Under the pieces are notes generated by a model, which was given only the letters and a program-made list of their open reading frames with translations, did not search any database and was not told the origin of the DNA. DNA of 64,000 nt, from contig JACAEL010000026.1 of NCBI GenBank assembly GCA_013388835.1, positions 92,780 to 156,779 on the forward strand. The letters are read 5' to 3'. The translations under genes and the position numbers were made by a program. Origin of the DNA: Candidatus Thorarchaeota archaeon. Its GTDB lineage: Archaea > Asgardarchaeota > Thorarchaeia > Thorarchaeales > Thorarchaeaceae. This document shows positions 55,812 through 64,000 of the stretch, piece after piece (within the stretch, counting starts at the first letter, position 1; each line of letters opens with the position of its first letter).

Positions 55812-56651
55812 GTGGCAAATGTGATGTACGCCACTCCTTTCTCTCTGTTAAACGGCGTCAGTCTCCTCAGCCAGAAGTCAAGGCTGGCAAAGTTCAGGGA
55901 TGCGCTGTCAAGAGTGGTCCGACAGGACTCTCTTGTGATCGACCTCGGGTCGGGATCTGGAGTCCTTGCGCTGCTCGCCGCCAGAATGGGTGCCCGACGG
56001 GTGATTGCAGTCGAGATAAACGAGAGCACTGCGAACTACGCCCGACAGGCTGCACGACTGAACGGACTTGAACAGAAGGTCGAGTTCGCAGTATGCCACT
56101 TTGCGGACTTCTATCCTGATGAGCTCGCGGATGTTGTGGTCTGCGAGATGCTCTGCTCGATGATGCTCGTCGAACAGCAGGTTGCGGCAAGTCATCATGC
56201 AGTGAGGCATCTGCTCAGACCGGGCGGGGTGTTACTCCCAAGACGCGCGGACGTGTACGTTGTGCCCGTTGAGTGTGAGGATGTCTGGAGACGGTTCAAG
56301 TTCGACACTCTGGTCTTTCCGCCGATGCCTCAGACGGTAGGTGTGGGAGAGGCCCGGGACCTTGCAGACCCACAGGCCGTCGCACACTTGGACTTTATCT
56401 CTTCAGCACATCAGACGGTCGATGCGTGTATAAGCTTCCGGATTGCTGAGGACGGGGTGATGCATGGCATCTGTGGGATGTTCGAAGCGTTCTTGGACGA
56501 TCTGACAAGACTTGACATGACAGACGGCTGGCGCGACCTGTTTGTACCACTAAAAGACCCAGTCGAAGTGACCGCTGGTGACTCGGTCGTGATAGAGTTG
56601 TCCTACACACCGGGTGAACTGCACACATTGAGACTTGTCGCCCGGCGGTGA
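55812..56651 (+). CDS. SAM-dependent methyltransferase, protein arginine N-methyltransferase (PRMT)-like.
   Basis: Motif I VIDLGSGSGVLALLAARMG, post-I RVIAVEINE, and the double-E-loop region DVVVCEMLCSMMLVEQQV followed by LLRPGGVLLP. A ~130-aa C-terminal beta-domain follows, as in PRMTs rather than PrmA. Confidence 0.6.
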   Translation: MANVMYATPFSLLNGVSLLSQKSRLAKFRDALSRVVRQDSLVIDLGSGSGVLALLAARMGARRVIAVEINESTANYARQAARLNGLEQKVEFAVCHFADFYPDELADVVVCEMLCSMMLVEQQVAASHHAVRHLLRPGGVLLPRRADVYVVPVECEDVWRRFKFDTLVFPPMPQTVGVGEARDLADPQAVAHLDFISSAHQTVDACISFRIAEDGVMHGICGMFEAFLDDLTRLDMTDGWRDLFVPLKDPVEVTAGDSVVIELSYTPGELHTLRLVARR

Positions 56652-56713
56652 CGGGAGGCACTTGACTAAGGTTTTTAACCGGACACTTCTGCGTCTGGAC
56701 TGCTGGTGATGCC

Positions 56714-57379
56714 ATGGAGCTGAAAGGTCCACTGTGTTATGTCTTGGACTTCGACGATGTATACAACTATGCCTATCAGACTTCGCTCAAGATAAAGGAG
56801 TCAGGCTGGAGACCGGACGCCATCGTGGGTATTGCGCGAGGTGGTTGGGTACACGGCCGAGTACAATGCGATCTTCTCGGAGTCAAGGACCTGTTCAGTG
56901 TCAAGATTGACCACTGGGGAGTCACTGCCACAAGAGACGGACGTGCGAAACTCACCTGCCCACTCAACGTTGATGTGCATGGCAAGAAAGTCCTGGTTGT
57001 CGATGACATCACGGACACTGGTGAGAGTCTGACCACGGCTGTTGAACATGTCAAGTCCTGTGGTCCCGCCGATGTCCGCTCAGCAACACTGATGCACATA
57101 GTGGGCTCCAAGTTCGTGCCGAACTACTTCGGCGTCGAGGTGACTTGGGCATGGGAGATATTCCCATGGAACTTCTTCGAGGACGTAACGAATCTCGTCA
57201 TGGAGATATTCAAGGGTGAGAAGACTGACAGGATGACGACCGCCGAACTCAAGCGTCACCTCAGGGAATACAACAACCTTGTACTCTCCGATGAACAGAT
57301 GACAAAGATAAAGGCGCACATGGAGTACCTTGGAAAGCTGGAGAAGACCGGTGCTGGCGACTGGAGGGTCGCCAAGTAG
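56714..57379 (+). CDS. Type I phosphoribosyltransferase (probable purine PRTase).
   Basis: PRPP-binding motif VLVVDDITDTGESL, an upstream GIARGG flexible-loop region, and a C-terminal ~50-aa extension. Confidence 0.75.
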   Translation: MELKGPLCYVLDFDDVYNYAYQTSLKIKESGWRPDAIVGIARGGWVHGRVQCDLLGVKDLFSVKIDHWGVTATRDGRAKLTCPLNVDVHGKKVLVVDDITDTGESLTTAVEHVKSCGPADVRSATLMHIVGSKFVPNYFGVEVTWAWEIFPWNFFEDVTNLVMEIFKGEKTDRMTTAELKRHLREYNNLVLSDEQMTKIKAHMEYLGKLEKTGAGDWRVAK

Positions 57380-57454
57380 GGCTCTGTCAGGACTTGGAAT
57401 ACTCCTCTCAATGGCGCAGAAACAGATCCCATATTGCGGGGAGCGAAAGAGGGA

Positions 57455-60400
57455 CTACTCCCAGTCGGTGGGCAGAGCCGCCAGTCCGCTCTTCAGCTTC
57501 ACTCTCAGTACGAGCGCAACAATGCCCAATACGAGGCCCCCATAGGCAACAGGAGACGTGGCTGCGTCCAGTGTGACTGAGAGTGGTCTTGTCGTCACGA
57601 TGATCTTGAACTCCTTCAGGTATTCCATATCCACAGGAACACCTCCGATCCACGCACTGACTCTGTACTGACCTTCAAGGAGAGGAATGAATGAGAACAC
57701 GACTCTGTCATTGGAGTAGGTCTGGACGGAACGGTTCAAGACCAGTGAATCGTTTACGTCGTACACACTGATGTGCATGCTTCCCCTCCAGCTCTCATCC
57801 ACGCCCAGGATTCGGATGGTCAGGCTCAGACTTGTGTTTTCACCTACGTACGCTGGTGTCAGCTGCTCGATGTCAATGGTCTTCACAGGTGTGACTGTGA
57901 TGTTGGCAACGAGGTCTGCGGGTGCGATTGACTCAGAGCCCTCGTAGTAGGCGACCAGCATGTACTCGTCCGCAAGAAGTCCCTCAACACTGAAGGCAGC
58001 CGTTCCCAGCGTGTTAGTTGATGCAGTCTGATTCAACCTCAGCACGCCGTGACTGAGGAAGCATATCCTCACACTCACCCCGACTAGCGGCGCGAGCGAC
58101 GTCCGGAGCGTTACTGACACGTGTATTCTCTGGTCGTATGGTGTTGCTTGCGGGGCATCCAGGTCAATGAGCGCCTCGTGACGGGTCAGGACGTCGAGGC
58201 TCGTGGTTGCGTTTAGGTACCTGCCAGTACTCTGGAAGACTATGACCAGGCGATAAGTCCCAGTCTGGGAAGGCCTCCACGCGACCTCCACTGTCCCAAG
58301 CGAGCTGACCACAAGTTGCGTCTGAGTCGTCAGTGGATTCCCATAGACCTCAGCGCCCGTCGGATTGAACAGACTGACAAGCACGTTATGACCCGACATG
58401 GGTGAGCCAAGGGAGTCGGACACGAGGACGACCACTCTGTGATCATGGCTGAGAAGGCCTGGGATTTGAGCCTGAACCACCTCGAGCGCCACACGACTGG
58501 TGACGACCAGTGAGGACTCGTACACACAACCCAGACGCTCGGCTGTGTCCTGGACCCGTACTGACACACTGTAGTCGTCTGGCAACAGACCTGTCAGGTT
58601 GAGCAAGACCTTGTCTCTCGCAAAGACCAGACGCCCTCCCAGGTCAATTGGACCGGACGCGAGACTCAGGACAATCTCAATCTCCAGTCCTGTAGGGTCT
58701 AGGGGCACACCGGTCTCATCCAGAACTTCGATGACAGCAGACACCAAGTCACTTCGGTCGAGTGACTCGGGTATCTCTGCATTGATGCTTGTCGTTCCTC
58801 TCACGAAAGCGGTCACTGCCACAGACGAGGCGTGATAGTGTTCGGTGCCCTCAAAACGAACTAAGACTGTGTAGTTGCCCATTCTCTGAATGAGGATGCT
58901 TATGTTCTCGGGCAGACTGCTTCTCTGTGTCACCCCGCCAGACAGGACAAGTCCGTACTCATCGTGGTAGACATCATAGAGAATCTGCCGACCCTCCAGT
59001 ACTGCGCCCTCAGTGTCCTGGAGCAGGGCGGTCAAGACCAGCGGCACTGTGCCTGCAAGTGGAGCACTGCCTTCCACAATCGCGACAGTGATCTGTGTGC
59101 CGAATCTCACATCCACAGTCACTGACCCGCTTGACGGCAGGTGAATTCCAAGACCTGAGAATGACACCTCGAGAATCCACTCGCCCTCTGAAGGTATCGC
59201 GACGCTGTACGTGACCCATCCGTCAGGACCGGTCACAAGAGTGACCGGGCCAATGTCAAGAGATCCGGGGCCATCCACCATTACAACCAGTGTCATGTCC
59301 GCCATCGGGAGCGAACTTGAGTTGCTGAGGCTGATGCTTGCGTTCAGGCAGCCTCCCACCTCAATGGTCTGAGTCACATTGAGAATCTGAATGAATGTCG
59401 GAGAGTAGACGACATGATACTCCTCGACGGTGAAAGCATGAGTGCTGGGAGTACCACTGGACGAGACCGTCACCCTGTAAAGACCTGCGAGCGATGGAGT
59501 GAAGGGCACGGTGGCAAGTCCGTTCTGGAGTGTGACCACCACGTTCTGGGTGAGTGCACCAAGTCTGACCGGGTTACCAAATGGGTCTCTTAGAGCGACT
59601 GTGACCGACATCCCTGAGATTGGGACTCCCAGTTGGTCAAAGACCATGACTTCAATGTAGACTTCGGTGGCCAGAGTAGGTGGATCCGGCAGGAAGTCCG
59701 TGGTGACGACGCATTCGCTCACTGCCATGAACTGTATCTCTGCATCTGCACCCAGCAGGAACTGCCCCTCAGTGGGTCCGGCTCTCACCATGAGGGTGCC
59801 ACGGCTATGCTGCACCAGATACATACAGCGCAGGGTGCCATTCGCATCTGTCAGGCCAAAATAAGTCCATACTGGGACGAGGTTCACATCAAGGACCTGA
59901 ATGCGGACACTGACGCCCGCGTCCTCACCGGGGCACTGAATCTCGTAGGTGATGGAGAGGTTGTCAAACAGATTGACCGTGGATGAACTCAACTCAAGCA
60001 CCCCCTCGGCAATCTCCATTACAGATAGAGTACTGGACGTGGAGTTGTCAAGGTAGTACGTGTCACCGGTGTGCGTGGCTGTCACCTGTGCCACGCCTCT
60101 GGCTGAGGGATACCATGTCACCTGAGCAAGTCCCTCCAAGGAGACAATACCGGCCTCGAACACCTTCTCATCGTCCATCCATATGGCAACCACAATGCTT
60201 CGGCCCACGACAGACCGGCCCAACGCATCCGTGAGACCGACTTGTATCTGAATGGAGCTTCCCAGCAGGACTGTGAGGTCGTGCTGTACGACGAGGTTGG
60301 GTGTCACTCGCACCCTCTGAACCATGATGCAGGAGGAGGGGGCATTCTCCTCTTCTCCGCCGAATTGAGCAGTGAGAATGAAGTCTCCCACCTCATCAAA

Positions 60401-63400
60401 GTAGTGCGCAAGACTGCACGTACCTCCGGTCCCCGTGGTGCGAACCACCGAGTCACGAAGGGTGCCATTTGCCCACTGGACCGACAGCGTGACCTGGTAC
60501 CCCACCATGGGTGTCCCCTGCCAGTTCACAAGCTGAGCCACAATGCCAAGTGTCGTACCCTGTGTGATAGGGTTGCCAGAGAGAAGCAATGCTAGAGTAG
60601 TCCTGCCACGGACGCTCCACACAGTGGTGTTGACGAGTCCTCTGAGGCAGTCCTGATCTGGCATGTCCAGTGCGACTGATAGGCTTCCCGGTTCTTCAAG
60701 GCCGACTTGAACCTGCAGCGTCCCAGACTGCGTAGTCGTGCCGAGAGTGTCAACGAGGACTGCTCCATTCAGTTCGACTCTTATGGACACGTTTACCCCT
60801 TCAATGCCAACACCATGGAAGCCGACAATGGTCACTTGAAGCATGACATTGGATACAGCCTCGAGAGTGTTGCTCCACTCCAGTTGGAAGTCTGCTTGTT
60901 CATACACGTCGGTAGTCCTCTGCGCCATGGCAGCCTCATACACGCCCTGTCTTGCGGACTGAGCAGTCACCGTAGTGGGTCCCCTGGCATCGGGGGTCCA
61001 GATAACGACCAACCAGCCATCGGAGCCGGTTGTACCCGTCGCCTGATGCACGGTGACCCCCTCGCGGACAATCATGACCTCGACCAGAAGTCCTTGGACT
61101 GGCTGCCCCATGTGATCATTTGCACGCAGTGCGATTGCTTCCTCTTCTCCCACTTCGAGTATCATTGGTGACAGACTGATTGTGACAGGCAGTCTGGTCT
61201 CGGTGCTCATCTCGCCGCTGGCAGCCCCTCTAGATAGAGACCCCGGGTACTCGAAGCGGATGAGATAGCTGCCTGCGCTATTTGGCACCCACTCCCAGGA
61301 CACATGCCCTGTCGAGTTGGTGGCAAGGCTTTGGAACACCACCTGGATGTCTGGAAGGAACACTATTCGTAGCTGTATCTGTGAATTGACAAGAGGAGTC
61401 CCTGCACTATCTGTCAGCCTTGCCCATGGTCTGTACGACTGACTGACAAGTGAGTCTGCCATGACCCCGCCAACTGTGATAGTCGTCGACGACCAGGACA
61501 CGATACCGACCGTCGTGTCCGAGCCGAGCAGGTGAACCGAGCCCAAGAACTGCCCGGTGACAGTGTACTCTCCGTTCTCTCCCAGTTCGAGCAAAAGCAT
61601 GACATAGCCTGTGGCGTTCGTTGTAAGTTGGGCGTCGAACACCACCTGTGCAGACGGACTGAGTACTATCGCATGGACGGACATTCCGGAGAGACCGTAG
61701 CCCCGCGAGTCGATGAGGCGCAGAGACATATCTGCCGTCGAATACTGGTTAACAACTGATGGACCGGAGTAGAGCATTGCAGTGTTCTCGGCGACGACAA
61801 TCTGACCGGAAGCACTGGAGGATTCAAGACTGCCATTTCTGGCGAAGTAGATTGTGAACGTGAATTCGCCTCTGTCAAGGGGCGACCAGACAAACACACT
61901 CTCCCCGTAGGTTGAGACCGCCGAGTCGCTGTGGACTAACTGGTCCGCGCTGTCCCATATCTTGATGGTGACATTCTGCGAGGCAACGGCGCTCCCATTG
62001 GAGACCAACCTCAGAGTCCAGGGGATTGAGATCTCATCTCCCAGCACTCCTTCGATACTTGACTGCGTGACTATCTCAGTCTGTAACGGTTCAAGAACCG
62101 TTATCACGTCGCTGAGCACTAGCATGTCACAGTGGGTCCGCTGGACAGTGACTGTGATAGGATGGGCTCCATCCCCCATGTCATCAGTGCTTACCGAGAA
62201 GTGGAGAGGGCTCTCAGTTGCATAGTTCCACTCTCGGTAGACTGGTGGTTCCCCTAGCCGCACTGTCACTTGACAGGGGCCAGCGGCAGCCCCGCCCTCC
62301 AGATACCAAGTCGCAGTCCCGTTCACCAACTCCCCTCTCATGACTGTGGGTGTCTCAACTGTCAGGTCGCCAGCAAGAGAACTCCTCACCTCGACATCGG
62401 ACGCCGCAAATGACCTGCTGACCCTGACATCCGACACCACGAGCGACACTCTCTGAGACCCCAGCAAGGAAGCGTCATATGGGACCGGGACAGAGATCAC
62501 GTCGAGGCTGCTCAGGCCAGTGTACTCCGTCCAGCTTCCAAACGCGTTCACGAACACGGTGTGGGTCGGGGAGGCTGAGGAGATGTTCAGACTGACACTG
62601 AATGCCTGTCCGAGGGTGGCAGTCAGCGGGAACGTGACGTCCAGCGTGGACCCCGTCGCGTTGACCATTCTGGTACGCAGGCCGAGAATCGACACCATGC
62701 GGAGCACGTCCGCTGTGAACACTGGCTGCCAGCCTGTGGTTGAGTTGAACCAGCCATTGCTGATACCCGCGGAGACAGCGTCAAGCACCTCCGAACTGTT
62801 GAACAACTGAAGTGCTGAGGGCGAGACCAGACCCGCAGAGACCAGTAGCGCAACACTCGACACATCCAAGCTCAGTGCCCACAGGTCATTGTACTGGACT
62901 CTGGTCTGGATGACTGTGAGTATCTCGCTGGCCATGATGGAGTCGATGAGACCGAGCCGAAGTGCCGCGCGCATGCTGAGGAAGTCAATAGCTGTTTGGT
63001 GTCCCGAGAATGGCCTGAGTGTCCAGCCCTCACCGGACCACATCCCGCCCTGATATGCGGCGAGTACAGCCGCGTTGAGTTCATCTCTGTAAGTGATCGA
63101 GTTCATGAAGCCGAGCGTGTATAGTACCTCGACTGCGGCGGCGGTGTACTGCATATGGGGTGTGCCAATTGGTACGTTGGTGAGTCTAAAGTGACCGCTG
63201 GAGTCCTGGGACTGCAGGGCATATGTCGCTGCAGACGATGCGAGCGGTGTCGGATACATCTTGAGGACCTGTGCTGACCCAATCCCAAAGTACTGTGTCC
63301 ACACGCTCTGAATCCGATACTGGGACTCTCTGTACTCAGGCGAATATGGGTATGCCGTGATGTTTGCCCATGTCGGGTACTGAGCCCATGTGGAAAAACC

Positions 63401-64000
63401 TGTCAGGTAATCGGCGGCAGAACTCAAGTCCACCAAGTCTGAGGAGTGAGTGGCTCTTGCACTCAGCGTGAGCCAGTAGGTCCACATCAGGGACGGGAGC
63501 GGCTCAACAAGCTCAAAACCCACCGGGCTCTCACAGGTGTTCACGAAGCCAATGATGCCTTCTCCGATGGCACCGGTGGCGTTGAGGTCGAAGAGGCACG
63601 ATGCAACAAGCGCAGTCTGCTCTCCCTTTGGCAGTATGTCTTCCGACTTCGCCGTGATGGAGAATCCGCCCGAATCGTGCTGATTGAGAGCAAACCACTC
63701 GAGTCCTCGTGTCCTATTCTGTGTGCTCAGTGTGCCCATTATCGCCATTGTGCTCAGCGCCGCAGATGTGCCCGCGACTCTCTCGGTTGACATACCGAGC
63801 TGTTCTCTGAAGGAGCCATCACCAACCATCATGCGCGTGATGAACCACGAAGTGAGCTTCAACGGGTCGTTGTGGCTCTTGCCAATAAGCTGTAGCGACC
63901 TGACGTACCTTGCTGCGTACGAGCTGCGCGGCGAAATGCTTGTTGGGTTGTTCCCGATGGCTCCCCAGAGGTCGGGATTGGAAGTCTCCTGGCCGTCGAT
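57455..64000 (-). CDS. Giant surface protein C (>2180 aa); the 5' end lies beyond the window.
   Basis: The open frame continues to the window edge: upstream of the track's TTG start there is no stop. The N-terminal region has prenyltransferase/alpha-alpha-toroid-like repeats (…LNQHDSGGFSITAKS…; …QSQDSSGHFRLTN…). A long array of Ig-like/Big-type beta domains rich in S/T/V/G follows. The C-terminus is a TM helix and tail, AYGGLVLGIVALVLRVKLK…*. Confidence 0.85.
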   Translation of the reverse strand: MDGQETSNPDLWGAIGNNPTSISPRSSYAARYVRSLQLIGKSHNDPLKLTSWFITRMMVGDGSFREQLGMSTERVAGTSAALSTMAIMGTLSTQNRTRGLEWFALNQHDSGGFSITAKSEDILPKGEQTALVASCLFDLNATGAIGEGIIGFVNTCESPVGFELVEPLPSLMWTYWLTLSARATHSSDLVDLSSAADYLTGFSTWAQYPTWANITAYPYSPEYRESQYRIQSVWTQYFGIGSAQVLKMYPTPLASSAATYALQSQDSSGHFRLTNVPIGTPHMQYTAAAVEVLYTLGFMNSITYRDELNAAVLAAYQGGMWSGEGWTLRPFSGHQTAIDFLSMRAALRLGLIDSIMASEILTVIQTRVQYNDLWALSLDVSSVALLVSAGLVSPSALQLFNSSEVLDAVSAGISNGWFNSTTGWQPVFTADVLRMVSILGLRTRMVNATGSTLDVTFPLTATLGQAFSVSLNISSASPTHTVFVNAFGSWTEYTGLSSLDVISVPVPYDASLLGSQRVSLVVSDVRVSRSFAASDVEVRSSLAGDLTVETPTVMRGELVNGTATWYLEGGAAAGPCQVTVRLGEPPVYREWNYATESPLHFSVSTDDMGDGAHPITVTVQRTHCDMLVLSDVITVLEPLQTEIVTQSSIEGVLGDEISIPWTLRLVSNGSAVASQNVTIKIWDSADQLVHSDSAVSTYGESVFVWSPLDRGEFTFTIYFARNGSLESSSASGQIVVAENTAMLYSGPSVVNQYSTADMSLRLIDSRGYGLSGMSVHAIVLSPSAQVVFDAQLTTNATGYVMLLLELGENGEYTVTGQFLGSVHLLGSDTTVGIVSWSSTTITVGGVMADSLVSQSYRPWARLTDSAGTPLVNSQIQLRIVFLPDIQVVFQSLATNSTGHVSWEWVPNSAGSYLIRFEYPGSLSRGAASGEMSTETRLPVTISLSPMILEVGEEEAIALRANDHMGQPVQGLLVEVMIVREGVTVHQATGTTGSDGWLVVIWTPDARGPTTVTAQSARQGVYEAAMAQRTTDVYEQADFQLEWSNTLEAVSNVMLQVTIVGFHGVGIEGVNVSIRVELNGAVLVDTLGTTTQSGTLQVQVGLEEPGSLSVALDMPDQDCLRGLVNTTVWSVRGRTTLALLLSGNPITQGTTLGIVAQLVNWQGTPMVGYQVTLSVQWANGTLRDSVVRTTGTGGTCSLAHYFDEVGDFILTAQFGGEEENAPSSCIMVQRVRVTPNLVVQHDLTVLLGSSIQIQVGLTDALGRSVVGRSIVVAIWMDDEKVFEAGIVSLEGLAQVTWYPSARGVAQVTATHTGDTYYLDNSTSSTLSVMEIAEGVLELSSSTVNLFDNLSITYEIQCPGEDAGVSVRIQVLDVNLVPVWTYFGLTDANGTLRCMYLVQHSRGTLMVRAGPTEGQFLLGADAEIQFMAVSECVVTTDFLPDPPTLATEVYIEVMVFDQLGVPISGMSVTVALRDPFGNPVRLGALTQNVVVTLQNGLATVPFTPSLAGLYRVTVSSSGTPSTHAFTVEEYHVVYSPTFIQILNVTQTIEVGGCLNASISLSNSSSLPMADMTLVVMVDGPGSLDIGPVTLVTGPDGWVTYSVAIPSEGEWILEVSFSGLGIHLPSSGSVTVDVRFGTQITVAIVEGSAPLAGTVPLVLTALLQDTEGAVLEGRQILYDVYHDEYGLVLSGGVTQRSSLPENISILIQRMGNYTVLVRFEGTEHYHASSVAVTAFVRGTTSINAEIPESLDRSDLVSAVIEVLDETGVPLDPTGLEIEIVLSLASGPIDLGGRLVFARDKVLLNLTGLLPDDYSVSVRVQDTAERLGCVYESSLVVTSRVALEVVQAQIPGLLSHDHRVVVLVSDSLGSPMSGHNVLVSLFNPTGAEVYGNPLTTQTQLVVSSLGTVEVAWRPSQTGTYRLVIVFQSTGRYLNATTSLDVLTRHEALIDLDAPQATPYDQRIHVSVTLRTSLAPLVGVSVRICFLSHGVLRLNQTASTNTLGTAAFSVEGLLADEYMLVAYYEGSESIAPADLVANITVTPVKTIDIEQLTPAYVGENTSLSLTIRILGVDESWRGSMHISVYDVNDSLVLNRSVQTYSNDRVVFSFIPLLEGQYRVSAWIGGVPVDMEYLKEFKIIVTTRPLSVTLDAATSPVAYGGLVLGIVALVLRVKLKSGLAALPTDWE

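Noticed and set aside
55812-56029. A 5' extension of the TPR ORF (track start 56029) overlapping the methyltransferase gene.
   Set aside because: The extension is not TPR-like and overlaps a well-supported divergent gene. The internal Met at MVKSDRL gives a sensible start and leaves a 97-bp divergent promoter gap.
1-64000. CRISPR arrays, rRNA genes, tRNA genes, transposases or integrases.
   Set aside because: No regularly spaced direct repeats, no rRNA-like conserved stretches, no IS-type inverted repeats or transposase/integrase ORFs were found. By-eye inspection of the longer intergenic regions found no convincing tRNA cloverleaf; a proper tRNAscan is needed to be certain.

Overview
The window reads as an archaeal chromosomal segment of about 55% GC. 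Signals pointing to an archaeon: secreted proteins ending in a single C-terminal transmembrane helix plus a short basic tail, dense N-x-S/T sequons in extracellular proteins, an archaeal RecJ/GAN-like DHH nuclease, a rubredoxin, and oligo-T terminators following hairpins. I count roughly 40 genes. The most striking content is three giant surface proteins. Two are tandem paralogs on the + strand (2412 and 1939 aa). The third lies on the - strand, is more than 2180 aa, and runs off the 3' end of the window. Other gene sets are an Opp/Dpp-type ABC transporter locus with an atypical OppC, and an apparent operon rpe-tal-amidohydrolase-mutL whose MutL is bacterial-type and carries the endonuclease motif. 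There is also a GT87/DUF2029-like polytopic membrane protein translationally coupled to an orphan OppD/F-type ATPase, with a second orphan ATPase convergent to it. Further along sit tandem paralogs of a DUF4140/DUF4139 (MuiA-like) protein, a GH3-family adenylating enzyme, a PRMT-like methyltransferase divergent from a TPR/zinc-ribbon protein, ferritin, an MFS transporter, a CPBP protease and a phosphoribosyltransferase. Two genes look damaged or non-canonical. A bacterial-type gapA has a single in-frame TAG. An amidohydrolase has a conserved N-terminus that continues upstream of any canonical start codon. No CRISPR array, rRNA or convincing tRNA was found. Two short genes below the ORF-track length cutoff were found by eye: a rubredoxin and a Cys/His-rich small ORF. 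Coordinates I derived by hand may be off by 1 nt. Where hand-counted positions disagreed with the ORF track, the track was taken as authoritative.
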